DNA of 64,000 nt from Bacteroidia bacterium (GTDB taxonomy: Bacteria > Bacteroidota > Bacteroidia > Bacteroidales > JAPLDU01): contig JAPLDU010000085.1 of the NCBI GenBank assembly GCA_026391255.1, positions 11,376 to 75,375 of the forward strand. The letters run 5' to 3'. Below the pieces are notes generated by a model. That model was given only the letters and a program-made list of their open reading frames with translations. It was not told the origin of the DNA and ran no database searches. This document shows, in pieces, positions 28,862 to 40,653 of the stretch. A program made the position numbers and the translations under genes. Numbering within the stretch: position 1 is the first letter of the stretch; every line of letters begins with the position of its first letter.

Positions 28862-30664
28862 TTATTTTGCCGGATATCCCTGTGCCGAAACGTCCCAGGT
28901 AAGCTCAACATCCCAGTTTGAGCGTACTTTCACATCTTCCTTATAAAGAAGCACCTTTTCGGGTTGAAGTTTTTTAATGTAGTTTCCGGTGTCCCACTTT
29001 TTGTTCCAGTTGTCATCAAAAATAAATTTCAGGTGATAGGTAGCCGGGTTAATATTATCAAATCTGACCGTGGTTCCTGAGTTTATAAATGCTTCCTTCA
29101 GAACAACATCTTTTTCATTCATTAACTGTACGATTCCGTTTGAACTCAGGTTATTGATTTTAAGAATGATATTTCCATAGAACTCTTTTTTCTGAAGGAT
29201 AAAGGTGGATTTGACGGTATCATTGGTATTACCGGCAATGTCGTGAAAAGTGCCGGGAGGAATTAATAAGCCATATCTCATTCCATCAGTCCATGTAGTT
29301 GAAAGTGTGTACCTGCGCAGCAAAAAGCTGTCCTTTTTAAACCTGAAGTGCAAAGGCAGTTGTATGGAATCAACAATATTATAAAGCTGGATTTTGGATG
29401 TATCAATGCTTTTTACGGGTGCTGAAAAGTCGAAAATTATATCCTTGTCATAATCAAGCTTTTTCGATTTTTGAACACTGCAACCGGTTTTCAATACCAC
29501 CGGTTTAGGGGTTTCATGCTTTTTAATGGGTTTGGGTTTAAAGCCCAGAACAACCGTGTCCGTACGCAATTGTGCTTCTCCTGTTTCATTGTTCTTCCGG
29601 TAAGTTACCAGCAACCTGATAGTATCGCGGCTTGCCACCAGGCTGTCAGTGATCCAGCAAATAATACTGTCGCGGGTTTTGTTGTATTCCGGACTGATCC
29701 AGTCAGCAGCAGGAGTAAAATTCATGGGATTAAAAACGGGGTTTTCCGTCAATGGCTGGTTAAAATACAAGTTACACTGGTTCCGGGCAGGCCTTTCGTG
29801 TTTGGTAAGTATCCGCTTCTTAGCAACCTCCTGAAACAAAGACAAACGCAGGTTTGCCGGGGCGAACATAGTGACGCTCACATTTCTGATACTGTCGTAC
29901 CAGGCGGAATCGCCCATCAGAACTTTGAGTGTATCTGCCTTTAAAGACAAAGCGGCTGTAGGTATGATAGGGTGATCAAAATATGCAATGGCTTCTGTTG
30001 GTTGATCAAAAATATAATTGTTGTTATCGTCTTTGAGGGCAAACACTTTATAAGTATCTTTCCTGATATTGCTAATAAGAAAATCTCCTTTATCACCCGT
30101 ACGGCTTACATAAACAGGCAGTTCTTTAAGAGGCGCCGAATCGCTGCCTTCGGGATACAGCATAACCAGCACCTCTTTTTCCGGTTTGGATGTGAATGCA
30201 TTGGTCAGAATCCCACCGACCTGCAGGGAATCAATCATATTACCGGTCGAAAAAACAAAACGAAAATTTTTAAGTACGTTGCCTTCGTTCAGGTCGGAGA
30301 TGGCATCCCCGAAATTCAGAGTATAGGTTGTACTGTCACGCAATGGATTATTCAGGTCAATTACCAGGGTTTTATTCTTCATGATTATTTCCGGTTTTTT
30401 CTTTACCGGAGGTGATACGATCAGTGCCTTGCTGATATTTTTCAACTGTACAAATTCATCAAAGGTGATTTTTATGACCTGTCCATGGAAATTTTTTGAC
30501 TTGTCCGGAGGCTGGCTCTGAACCACCCTCGGCGGATCAGTATCTTTGACACCACCAGAAGGCATGCCCACATTGGCACAACTGTTTACCAGAAAAGCAA
30601 TCAGGATGGTAACCGGAATGATCGCCGGTAAAAGGATATTGCCGTTTCTGAATTTGAACTTCAT
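28862..30664 (-). CDS. Ig-like (Big_5) domain lipoprotein
   Basis: Lipobox LVNSC, CA..G.PSGG.KD..PP, TTYTLNFGDAI.D.NEGN. Confidence 0.88.
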   Translation of the reverse strand: MKFKFRNGNILLPAIIPVTILIAFLVNSCANVGMPSGGVKDTDPPRVVQSQPPDKSKNFHGQVIKITFDEFVQLKNISKALIVSPPVKKKPEIIMKNKTLVIDLNNPLRDSTTYTLNFGDAISDLNEGNVLKNFRFVFSTGNMIDSLQVGGILTNAFTSKPEKEVLVMLYPEGSDSAPLKELPVYVSRTGDKGDFLISNIRKDTYKVFALKDDNNNYIFDQPTEAIAYFDHPIIPTAALSLKADTLKVLMGDSAWYDSIRNVSVTMFAPANLRLSLFQEVAKKRILTKHERPARNQCNLYFNQPLTENPVFNPMNFTPAADWISPEYNKTRDSIICWITDSLVASRDTIRLLVTYRKNNETGEAQLRTDTVVLGFKPKPIKKHETPKPVVLKTGCSVQKSKKLDYDKDIIFDFSAPVKSIDTSKIQLYNIVDSIQLPLHFRFKKDSFLLRRYTLSTTWTDGMRYGLLIPPGTFHDIAGNTNDTVKSTFILQKKEFYGNIILKINNLSSNGIVQLMNEKDVVLKEAFINSGTTVRFDNINPATYHLKFIFDDNWNKKWDTGNYIKKLQPEKVLLYKEDVKVRSNWDVELTWDVSAQGYPAK

Positions 30665-30749
30665 CTGAAAATTTCGGCAAACTTGCATGATTTTTTTCAA
30701 AATTGAAAGTATTTTCCTTAAATGAACAATCAATTGACCTAATCGGATT

Positions 30750-30875
30750 CACTGAGAATTCTAAAACCTTTATTTCTTTACCACATAGGCACATAGAAAA
30801 CATAGAAAAACTATGTGTAACTATGTGACTATGTGGTTTAAATAATAAATTTTTAATCCATAAATTTCTCTAATG
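30750..30875. repeat. Hairpin of CACATAG/CTATGTG units in a short weak inverted-repeat shell
   Basis: ACCACATAGGCACATAGAAAACATAG ... CTATGTGTAACTATGTGACTATGTGGT. Confidence 0.7.
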
Positions 30876-30970
30876 ACTACAAAAAATGCGTATAAAGTTC
30901 AACTCTGTCCTGACATTTTTCCGGAGAATGTTTGTAGTTTTGCCGGTAAATAGGCACTAATTGTAAGATA

Positions 30971-31783
30971 ATGATTTTAAACTATATCAATTGGAATGTT
31001 GACCCTGAGGTTTTTCATATCGGAGGATTGTCAATCAGGTGGTATGGGATATTATTCGCAGCTTCCTTCGTGTTCGGGTATTTTATCATGCTGAAGATAT
31101 TCAGAAGAGAAGGTATTTCACAGGAACTGCTTGATAAACTTAGCATATATATGGGAGTAGCCACGGTAGTAGGCGCCAGGCTTGGGCATTGCTTATTTTA
31201 CCAGCCTGATTATTACCTCCGTTATCCGTTTGAAATACTGATGGTCTGGAAAGGTGGCCTTGCCAGCCACGGCGCCGCGATTGGAATCCTGACCGCCTTA
31301 TGGATGTTTGCCAGAAAAGCCGGCAAATCCTGGTGGTGGATACTCGACAGAATAGTGATTGTAATTGCTTTGTCAGGTTTTTTTATACGAACCGGAAACC
31401 TGATGAACTCTGAAATCTTCGGAAAAGCCAGCCATGTTCCATGGGCTTTTGTATTTATGCGTGATAACCCGGTACCCCGTCATCCTACCCAGATCTATGA
31501 AGCATTATCTTACCTGGTACTTTTCCTGTTCTTATATTTTGCCTATTTCAGGAAGAACCTGGGACAGCGCGCAGGCTTGCTTTTCGGAATATTTATGGCA
31601 GTGCTGTGGTCAATACGTTTCCTGGTTGAATTCCTGAAAGAAAACCAGGTTGATTTCGAAAACAAACTTCCTCTGAACATGGGACAGCTGCTCAGTATCC
31701 CATTTATTATTGCCGGTCTGGTGATTATCTGGCTGTCGCTTAAGAACAAACTCTCAAAAAAAGGAGAAATACAGAGTTCATAA
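30971..31783 (+). CDS. lgt: Prolipoprotein diacylglyceryl transferase
   Basis: IRWYG, GARLGH, GGLASHG, RTGNLMNSE, RHPTQIYE. Confidence 0.97.
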   Translation: MILNYINWNVDPEVFHIGGLSIRWYGILFAASFVFGYFIMLKIFRREGISQELLDKLSIYMGVATVVGARLGHCLFYQPDYYLRYPFEILMVWKGGLASHGAAIGILTALWMFARKAGKSWWWILDRIVIVIALSGFFIRTGNLMNSEIFGKASHVPWAFVFMRDNPVPRHPTQIYEALSYLVLFLFLYFAYFRKNLGQRAGLLFGIFMAVLWSIRFLVEFLKENQVDFENKLPLNMGQLLSIPFIIAGLVIIWLSLKNKLSKKGEIQSS

Positions 31784-31928
31784 AGTTTATAAAGTTCATA
31801 AAGTAGAAAGTCAATGTAATAAGCTAATAATCAATTATAAATATAAAATAATGTTTTAAATATTTTAAAACGTAATTATTTGTATTTTACAACTTTATAA
31901 ACTTAATAACTTTTAACTTTATGAACTC
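31776..31928. repeat. 9-mer-unit hairpin (AGTTYATAA / TTATRAACT) between convergent genes
   Basis: AGTTCATAAAGTTTATAAAGTTCATAAAGT ... ACTTTATAAACT..ACTTTATGAACT; both stop codons lie within the arms. Confidence 0.7.
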
Positions 31929-32251
31929 TGAAGCCTGGGATTTTCAATATGCCGCTGGTTGTCCCTGGCTGTTTTCTTTTCAAGGTTCAATGCCAGAGCC
32001 TCTTCCAGGTCAATACCCGTCTGGTTGGCAATACAAATTAATACAAAAAGAACGTCGGCCAGTTCATCGGAAAGGTTTGTTGTCTCATCCGATTTCTTAT
32101 ACGATTGTTCTCCGTATTTTCTTGCAATAATACGGGAGACTTCTCCCACTTCTTCAACCAGTAATGCCAAGTTTGTCAGTTCATTGAAATAACGAACACC
32201 ATAGGATTTTATCCATTGATCTACCTTCAATTGTGCTTCTTTTATCGTCAT
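31919..32251 (-). CDS. MazG-like nucleotide pyrophosphohydrolase
   Basis: LVEEVGEV, DELADVLFVL. Confidence 0.92.
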   Translation of the reverse strand: MTIKEAQLKVDQWIKSYGVRYFNELTNLALLVEEVGEVSRIIARKYGEQSYKKSDETTNLSDELADVLFVLICIANQTGIDLEEALALNLEKKTARDNQRHIENPRLQSS

Positions 32252-32324
32252 AATTCAAATTTTTCCCGAATTAACAAACAATTTTCTTGTTGTTTGTGAA
32301 ATTTGGCTTTTCTTTGCAGTGGAT

Positions 32325-32370
32325 TGTGGAAAGATTTGATTGATTGCAACCACAGAAAAAAATGCTAAAG
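32325..32370 (+). promoter_or_regulatory. SAM-II riboswitch candidate
   Basis: TGTGG-AAA-GATTT-..-TTGCAA-CCACA-..-AAAT-GCTAAA matches the SAM-II pseudoknot pattern; directly upstream of metK. Confidence 0.8.
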
Positions 32371-32467
32371 CAATTTTCTTTTCTGCATAGATCAAAAATC
32401 CCAACCCATCACAGTTTGCGGACTATTTCCGTATATTTTTTAGTTATTAACTGATAAAATTTTTAAT

Positions 32468-33811
32468 ATGTCTTATTTATTTACTTCAGAATCAGTTTCT
32501 GAGGGTCATCCTGATAAGGTGGCCGACCAGATATCCGATGGTTTGCTTGATGAGTTTCTGCGTTGGGATCCGGATTCAAAAGTCGCATGTGAAACGCTGG
32601 TTACTACCGGGCTGGTGGTATGCAGCGGTGAAGTATCCACCAAGGGATATGTTGATATCCAGGAAGTAGCCAGAAGAATAATCAGGGATATCGGTTATAC
32701 AAGGGCCGAATACCGGTTCGACAGCGAATCATGCGGGGTCATTTCCACCATTCATGAGCAATCGCCTGATATTAACCAGGGAGTGGTGCGGACCAGCAAG
32801 GAAGAACAGGGAGCCGGCGACCAGGGCATGATGTTCGGTTATGCATGCAATGAGATGGACAATTACATGCCTATGCCTATTGAGTTGGCTCATATCTTAT
32901 TACAAGAGCTCTCCGTGATCCGTCGTGAAGGCAAAGTGATGACTTACCTCCGACCTGATGCAAAATCACAGGTCACCGTTGAATACAACGACAAGGGAAA
33001 ACCGGTAAGAATTGATACCATCGTTATTTCTGCCCAGCATGACGAATTCGTGTTGCCTAAAGGTAAAACTCCTGAAGCAGCAAAGAAAGCCGAAAAAGCC
33101 ATGCAGAAGCAGATCACCGAGGATGTTCGTAATATTCTTATTCCAAGGATAATAAAAAACAAAACATACCAATTCGACAAGAAGGTTTTTAAAGATGACT
33201 ATAAACTACTGGTGAATCCGACAGGCAAGTTTGTAATTGGCGGCCCTCATGGAGATACCGGTCTCACAGGCCGTAAGATCATTGTTGATACCTATGGCGG
33301 ACGGGGCGCTCATGGTGGTGGCGCTTTCTCAGGCAAAGACTCATCAAAGGTCGACCGTTCGGCTGCTTACGCCATGCGTCATATAGCTAAGAACATGGTG
33401 GCAGCCGGTGTTGCAGAAGAAGTACTGGTGCAGGTTGCTTATGCCATTGGAATTGCCAAACCGGTCGGATTATATGTTAACACCAACCACACAGCCAAAG
33501 TTAAAGATGCCAAAGGAAAAATAATGGCCGACGGTGAAATTGCCAAAGTGATACAGGGAATTTTCGACCTTCGTCCATATTCTATAATCCAGCGTTTGGG
33601 TCTTACCAACCCGGTATTTCTGCCAACTGCGCGTTATGGACATTTCGGTAGGGATCCTTACACGAAGGAGGTGGAAATATATTGCAAAAGCGGGGATGTT
33701 CGCAAGTGTAAAGATAATGGCAATGAAAAATACATGAAAAAGGTGGATTTCTTTGCCTGGGAAAAGCTGGATTACGTAAACCAGATCAAAAAGGCATTTA
33801 AAATAAAATAG
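32468..33811 (+). CDS. metK: S-adenosylmethionine synthetase
   Basis: [28 protein letters not shown]. Confidence 0.99.
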   Translation: MSYLFTSESVSEGHPDKVADQISDGLLDEFLRWDPDSKVACETLVTTGLVVCSGEVSTKGYVDIQEVARRIIRDIGYTRAEYRFDSESCGVISTIHEQSPDINQGVVRTSKEEQGAGDQGMMFGYACNEMDNYMPMPIELAHILLQELSVIRREGKVMTYLRPDAKSQVTVEYNDKGKPVRIDTIVISAQHDEFVLPKGKTPEAAKKAEKAMQKQITEDVRNILIPRIIKNKTYQFDKKVFKDDYKLLVNPTGKFVIGGPHGDTGLTGRKIIVDTYGGRGAHGGGAFSGKDSSKVDRSAAYAMRHIAKNMVAAGVAEEVLVQVAYAIGIAKPVGLYVNTNHTAKVKDAKGKIMADGEIAKVIQGIFDLRPYSIIQRLGLTNPVFLPTARYGHFGRDPYTKEVEIYCKSGDVRKCKDNGNEKYMKKVDFFAWEKLDYVNQIKKAFKIK

Positions 33812-33955
33812 AATTTGAAAAATCCTTTTTGAAAAAAATCCCATCGTGAAAATCAATGTTCGCTTTGGTTTAATTATTTCAATGGAACTCTCCGCCATGG
33901 CGGAGACCAACACTAAGAAACAAAATGACGGTTGAGCAAAGATTTTAACATGTAC

Positions 33956-34252
33956 CCAGTCACGTAATGACGGAATCTTTGTAGCTGTATGGTATTCATG
34001 TTATATAAGCCACGGAGTGGCGAAATCTATGAAAGGATAAACTGTCTTGAAGATGCCACCACTACGTGGTTTAGATATCAGCAACAAACATTGATACTAC
34101 AAAGATTCCGTCACTACGTGACTGGATATCAGCAAACAAAATAATTACAAGGATAAATTATTTTGAAGATGCCACCACTACGTGGTTTAGATATCAGCAA
34201 CAAACATTGATACTACAAAGATTCCGTCACTACGTGACTGGATATCAGCAAA
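33956..34252. repeat. REPIN-like palindrome cluster with a 90-bp exact duplication
   Basis: GTCACGTAATGAC/GCCACGGAGTGGC facing inverted copies; 34047-34136 equals 34163-34252. Confidence 0.85.
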
Positions 34253-34314
34253 TATAAAATAATTACGCATGTGAAACCCCTGGTGTCCTTTGTAGTCAGA
34301 CTTATTATATGCAG

Positions 34315-35658
<1,344 letters not shown>

Positions 35659-35681
35659 AAGAATATTTTATTATTCAGTTG

Positions 35682-35927
35682 CATTATTGTCCGGTCAAAT
35701 TTTATGTCGTCACTACGTGACTTAAATGCCGCAATTTATTTCTTGCTACAAAGATACCATCCCTACGGGATTAAAGTCTTGATGTATCAGTTAAACCCCG
35801 TCAGGGGTGAAATCTTTGTAGAAAAATATTTCTAACAACAATAAGCCCTGTAGGGGCGAAATCTTTTGGAACCTCATACACCCGTGGGATTTAAGATGAT
35901 TATAAATGTTTTCTCCGGACAATAGTG
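35682..35927. mobile_element. MITE-like family D copy 1 (CAYTATTGTCCGG TIR) with REPIN cargo
   Basis: TIR 12/13; near-identical copy at 58309-58554. Confidence 0.8.
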
Positions 35928-35944
35928 ATTTAGATCATAAAATT

Positions 35945-36655
35945 TCAAAGCAAAACATCCTCACTAACCCGCCATGTAAAAGGTCTGATGAAGGTTCTCA
36001 ATGTTTGCAGTTTTTTCAGTTTATAATTTTCCCATTCTACCCTGGGTTTGTCTTCAGCATTAGAAGATTTTGTTGTAATCCTGACATTCTTATTGGTAAA
36101 ATAATAATTCCGGGTTTCGGTTTCAGCATTGACCCTGTTATATTTGACATAATCGGCCGCGGTCAGGTAAAACTGCCGGTTCTGATATCTGAATTTATAC
36201 AGGTAATTTGCCTTAAACCCTTTTCCCTGGTGATAATTACTGTGAAATCCGATCATCAGGAATCCCTGGCTGATTATTATAGTATCAAAAGGATCTCCCT
36301 CTTCAGGATTAAGGACGCTGATGATAAATGAATTGCTGTAACCGGCCAGCTTGTATTGCCTGCATTCCGGATCATATAAAATAATTGCCAGTATCCGGGC
36401 AGGAGCCAATACACTATCGTTATTGTTATCTGATTTTTCTTTAAACCAAATACTATCCCGGGATTGTAAAATAATGGCATAATCTTTTGCTTTGTCATTA
36501 TTCAGGTCGCCCCCGGCAGATTTAAAAATTTTCCATCCTTCAGGAACAAATTCCAGCATGTTTTGCCCCATACTGATTAATTCAGGATATGTGATATGCT
36601 GGCATAACGAGGTATAATAAATTAAACAAAGAAAAAATGAAGTAATAAATTTCAT
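35945..36655 (-). CDS. Hypothetical exported protein
   Basis: Signal peptide; FVPEGW....GDLN.D..KD motif. Confidence 0.7.
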   Translation of the reverse strand: MKFITSFFLCLIYYTSLCQHITYPELISMGQNMLEFVPEGWKIFKSAGGDLNNDKAKDYAIILQSRDSIWFKEKSDNNNDSVLAPARILAIILYDPECRQYKLAGYSNSFIISVLNPEEGDPFDTIIISQGFLMIGFHSNYHQGKGFKANYLYKFRYQNRQFYLTAADYVKYNRVNAETETRNYYFTNKNVRITTKSSNAEDKPRVEWENYKLKKLQTLRTFIRPFTWRVSEDVLL

Positions 36656-36664
36656 AAAGTCCGT

Positions 36665-36882
36665 AAGATGAGTTATGATCCGCCTGAGGCGGAATGAGTT
36701 ATGAATTATGAGTTATGAACTTATTTCTGAAATCCTGATAGGTTCTGGCAAAAAATTCCAAAAACCAAATTCCAAAAAACAAATAATAAACAATATCAAA
36801 ATTTCAAATAAAAAGAAACTATTTTGAATTTGATTCCTGATTCCTGATTCCTGATTCCTGACTCCTGATTCCTGATTCCTGA
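36665..36882. repeat. ATGAGTT run, partial family C repeat and CCTGATT heptamer run
   Basis: Inverted partial match to 19395/44512; about 7 TTCCTGA units. Confidence 0.7.
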
Positions 36883-36892
36883 AAAAAACAGG

Positions 36893-37669
36893 CTAATTTA
36901 CTGTAAATTTTTTGATGTCACACAAATAGCTGTTTTCAAGCATTCTGAGAATATAATATCCCGGAACAAGTTTGGCGGACATGAGATCAATGGTATGATA
37001 ACCTTTTGTAGCAGAAACAGTAATTTTGTTTTTCAGATTGCCAAGCATGTCGTAAAGTTCGAAACTGATTTTATTGTCATTTTTTGAATAGTACTTTACT
37101 GAAAGCTGATCAACCGGAGTAATTCTGATCAGTTGTGATTTTCCGGGTTGATCTGCTGACATTTCCGGAACGGCAGATAAAACAGAATTAACGGCTTCCT
37201 GCACGTGATCAACCGTAACGGTTTTCATTGACCGGTCGGGGCGAATTACAAAGTACCTGGGAGTATAACTGATCTGATAAAGTGCAAGTATTGCCTCATT
37301 GCCAATAGTTGAAAAACCAGGGAAACTTCCCCCGTTGTTGCTGATAAAACTGTCGATGGCTGAATTTGTTCCATAAAAAGATTCAATTCCCCATATCCAC
37401 AGATGTGATCCGTCGGCGCCTGCATTCTGCCAAACCGGTTCAATCATGTATATTCCATTGGCACACGGGCCGCAGCCAATCGTGAAAAAATCAAGGACAA
37501 CTATCTTCCCGGCATCCAGTTCCTGGTAAAGATGATATGTATTACCATGTGTATCAGTCAGTGAAAAATCAGGAGCGATGATCTGGGCATATCCGATGGA
37601 AAAAATAAACAGCACGAATACAATCAAACCCCAGATTTTTTTTGATGTTTTTTTGTACAGTTCATTCAT
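36893..37669 (-). CDS. Redoxin/TlpA-like protein with probable T9SS CTD
   Basis: APDFSLTD, VLDFF..GCGPC; C-terminal YDMLG...PGYYIL. Confidence 0.85.
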   Translation of the reverse strand: MNELYKKTSKKIWGLIVFVLFIFSIGYAQIIAPDFSLTDTHGNTYHLYQELDAGKIVVLDFFTIGCGPCANGIYMIEPVWQNAGADGSHLWIWGIESFYGTNSAIDSFISNNGGSFPGFSTIGNEAILALYQISYTPRYFVIRPDRSMKTVTVDHVQEAVNSVLSAVPEMSADQPGKSQLIRITPVDQLSVKYYSKNDNKISFELYDMLGNLKNKITVSATKGYHTIDLMSAKLVPGYYILRMLENSYLCDIKKFTVN

Positions 37670-37939
37670 AGTTGGTTGAAATTAAAGTAATCCTGTATTT
37701 TAACTTACTAAAATAGTGCCAACAATCTTATTATAACAAATATTTGCAAGTTTTAACATTTGGTAACACTAAACTGATCAAATTTGAACACGAATTTATA
37801 ATCGGTTATTTATGATTGTTAAAAAACCTATGAACTGAATGTGTTTTTTTTGAACATTTGCAAAATATTTTAATGGCAGATAATTTGCATGGCCGTTCCT
37901 GAAAAGCTGAAGATGAGCATACCCATACTGAAAAAAGGA

Positions 37940-38740
37940 ATGAAAACGAGAATAATGAATGAGAAGAATGCGGTCATTATTCTTATTATCATTGTACTTT
38001 CAATGTATTTGAACGGAACTATTCCATTCCAGACATATAGCAATGCTTATCAGGCAGGTGAGAATCTGAAATATAAACTGCACTACGGGTGGATTAATGG
38101 CGGATATGCCAGCCTGAAGGTGGAAAATTCAAAAGTCAATGATACCGATGTATTACGGATAGTCCTGAATGGTAAAACCACAGGCCTGACTGACAAATTA
38201 TACAGGGTAAATGACACTTACGAAAGTTATGTATTACCGAAAAACGGCCTTCCTTTAAAGGCAATACGAAATATTCATGAACAGAACTACCGTGATTATA
38301 ATGAAGTTATTTACAACCAGGAAAACGATTTTGTCATAAGCCAGAAAACTGGAAAGCATTTTGTTCCTGATAATACGCTCGATATCCTTTCGGCATTTTA
38401 TTACCTGCGGAATCTATTGATGGATAAAGGAAGCTCAGGTTTGACAATTAATGATATCATTACCCTGACAACTTTCTTTGGAGATGAGATTTATCCATTA
38501 ATCATCAAGTATAAAGGAACTGAAAAAATCAACACTGACCTGGGAACGATCAGGTGCCTCAGATTTCAGCCGGTCACAGAAGTGGGACGTGTTTTTAAAG
38601 ACAATGATGATATGACCATCTGGATATCCGATGATCTTAATTATGTCCCGATCAGGGTTCAGTTTGAATTGTTCATTGGTTCTGTCAAATGTGATCTGAT
38701 CGAATATTCCGGTTTGAAAAGCAATCTTATCATTTATTGA
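37940..38740 (+). CDS. DUF3108-family protein
   Basis: GENLKY.LHYGW, YRVND.YES, D.LS.FYY.R, IWISDD.N..P. Confidence 0.85.
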   Translation: MKTRIMNEKNAVIILIIIVLSMYLNGTIPFQTYSNAYQAGENLKYKLHYGWINGGYASLKVENSKVNDTDVLRIVLNGKTTGLTDKLYRVNDTYESYVLPKNGLPLKAIRNIHEQNYRDYNEVIYNQENDFVISQKTGKHFVPDNTLDILSAFYYLRNLLMDKGSSGLTINDIITLTTFFGDEIYPLIIKYKGTEKINTDLGTIRCLRFQPVTEVGRVFKDNDDMTIWISDDLNYVPIRVQFELFIGSVKCDLIEYSGLKSNLIIY

Positions 38741-38933
38741 TATAAATACGGGCATTCGTCCGTAATTAATCCTGACCGGACTATCATTGTTTTTATTGAC
38801 GTAAAGATACGCATCACTACGATTACCGCATGGTGCGAATGCTGCAGAAGTTAAAAAACATCATGCCTAATTTTTTATATTTCATTGTTTGATATACTTT
38901 TGTGCGATTACAAAAAATGATACATTAATAATA

Positions 38934-39500
38934 ATGGCAACCACAGCAGACATCAAAAACGGATTATGCATTGAATTCAACGATGGACTTTATACAATCG
39001 TTCAGTTTCAGCATGTTAAACCCGGAAAGGGACCGGCTTTCGTCAGGACCAAGTTGAAAAATCTTACCACCGGTAAGGTAATCGACAATACTTTCTCTTC
39101 AGGAGTTAAATTAAATGTCGCAAATGTTGAAAGACGTCCATACCAGTTTCTCTATAAAGATGATTATGGTTATCACTTCATGCACAAAGAAACTTTTGAA
39201 CAGATATCCATCGATGAAAAACTGATAGAGAAACCCGAATTTATTAAAGAAGGGATTGATGTTGAAGTGGTTTTCCATGTGGACACAGAAACTCCCCTGA
39301 CCTGTGATCTTCCTCCTTTCCTGGTTTATGATGTTGTTTATACCGAACCCGGATTAAGAGGAGATACCTCTTCATCAACAGCCATGAAACCTGCTACCCT
39401 TGACACCGGGGCAATTGTTAATGTTCCTTTGTTCATTAACCAGGGCGATAAAATAAAAGTTGATACCCGCACCGGTGACTATTCTGAAAGGGCAAAATAA
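38934..39500 (+). CDS. efp: Elongation factor P
   Basis: HVKPGKGPAFVRTKL, KPATLDTG, VPLFI. Confidence 0.98.
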   Translation: MATTADIKNGLCIEFNDGLYTIVQFQHVKPGKGPAFVRTKLKNLTTGKVIDNTFSSGVKLNVANVERRPYQFLYKDDYGYHFMHKETFEQISIDEKLIEKPEFIKEGIDVEVVFHVDTETPLTCDLPPFLVYDVVYTEPGLRGDTSSSTAMKPATLDTGAIVNVPLFINQGDKIKVDTRTGDYSERAK

Positions 39501-39716
39501 AAAAAATCATTTTCTGTCATTTTCCATGAAATCAAATTATTTCCTGTTCAGGCAACCAATCGGATCAATATCACATCTGTATTAATCATTATTTATAACG
39601 AAATTAATTTATTACATAAATTTTGTTTCACTCAGGAAATATCATCTGATTGTATTCTAAAATCGTAATCCGTAATTCGTAATTCTAAAATTAATATAAT
39701 ATCCCCAAAGATCAGG

Positions 39717-40649
39717 ATGAAGTTACCCAGAAATTACACACTGAAAGAAATTTCGCTGATTATCAATGCTGAGATCAACGGTAATGCTGATTTCATTATT
39801 TCAGGCCTCAATGAAATCCATAAGGTTGAACCTGGCGATCTGACCTTTGTTGACCATCCTAAATATTACGAAAAAGCACTGAATTCCGATGCCTCAGCAG
39901 TAATAATTAATAAAGAAATGGCTGAAACAAAAGGGAAGATGCTCATTTATTCTGATAATCCTTTTCGTGATTTCAACAAACTCACTGCCTGTTTTTCCAC
40001 CTTTCAGCCAGGCATAAACATGATAAGCCCGTCTGCCAGCATTGGCAGGAATACCACTATTCAGCCGGGCACCTTTATCGGCCAACATGTCAGTATCGGC
40101 GACAATTGCATTATACATTCCAATGTGAGCATTTATGATCATGTTTCCATCGGAAATAATGTGATCATACATGCCAATACTGTAATAGGTTCTGATGCAC
40201 TTTACTTCAAACGCAGCCCCGAAGGTTATGAAAAACTGCTCTCATGCGGCAAAGTGATCATTGAGGATGATGTTGAAGTAGGCGCCAATTGTGCGATTGA
40301 CCGTGGAGTTTCCGGTGATACTGTTGTAGGCAGGGGAACCAAAATGGATAACCTCATTCATATTGCTCATGATACAGTAATCGGTAAAAACTGCCTGTTC
40401 GCCGCCCAGGTGGGAATCGGTGGATGCGTAACAATCGAAGATAACGTGATCCTCTGGGGCCAGGTAGGCGTACAGAAAAATGTCACCATCGGGAGTGGCG
40501 CCATAGTCCTGGGACAATCAGGTGTTACCAAATCACTGGAAGGAAACAAGACCTATTTCGGCACTCCTGCTTATGAGGCACAAAAGAAACTTAAAGAGCT
40601 TGTTTATATGAAGCAGTTGCCGGAGTTGTTCAGCAATGGTCATGGATGA
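39717..40649 (+). CDS. lpxD: LpxD-like UDP-3-O-acyl-glucosamine N-acyltransferase (possibly a paralog)
   Basis: LpxD N-domain, hexapeptide repeats, IDRG, KMDNLIHIAHD. Confidence 0.85.
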   Translation: MKLPRNYTLKEISLIINAEINGNADFIISGLNEIHKVEPGDLTFVDHPKYYEKALNSDASAVIINKEMAETKGKMLIYSDNPFRDFNKLTACFSTFQPGINMISPSASIGRNTTIQPGTFIGQHVSIGDNCIIHSNVSIYDHVSIGNNVIIHANTVIGSDALYFKRSPEGYEKLLSCGKVIIEDDVEVGANCAIDRGVSGDTVVGRGTKMDNLIHIAHDTVIGKNCLFAAQVGIGGCVTIEDNVILWGQVGVQKNVTIGSGAIVLGQSGVTKSLEGNKTYFGTPAYEAQKKLKELVYMKQLPELFSNGHG

Positions 40650-40653
40650 TCCG

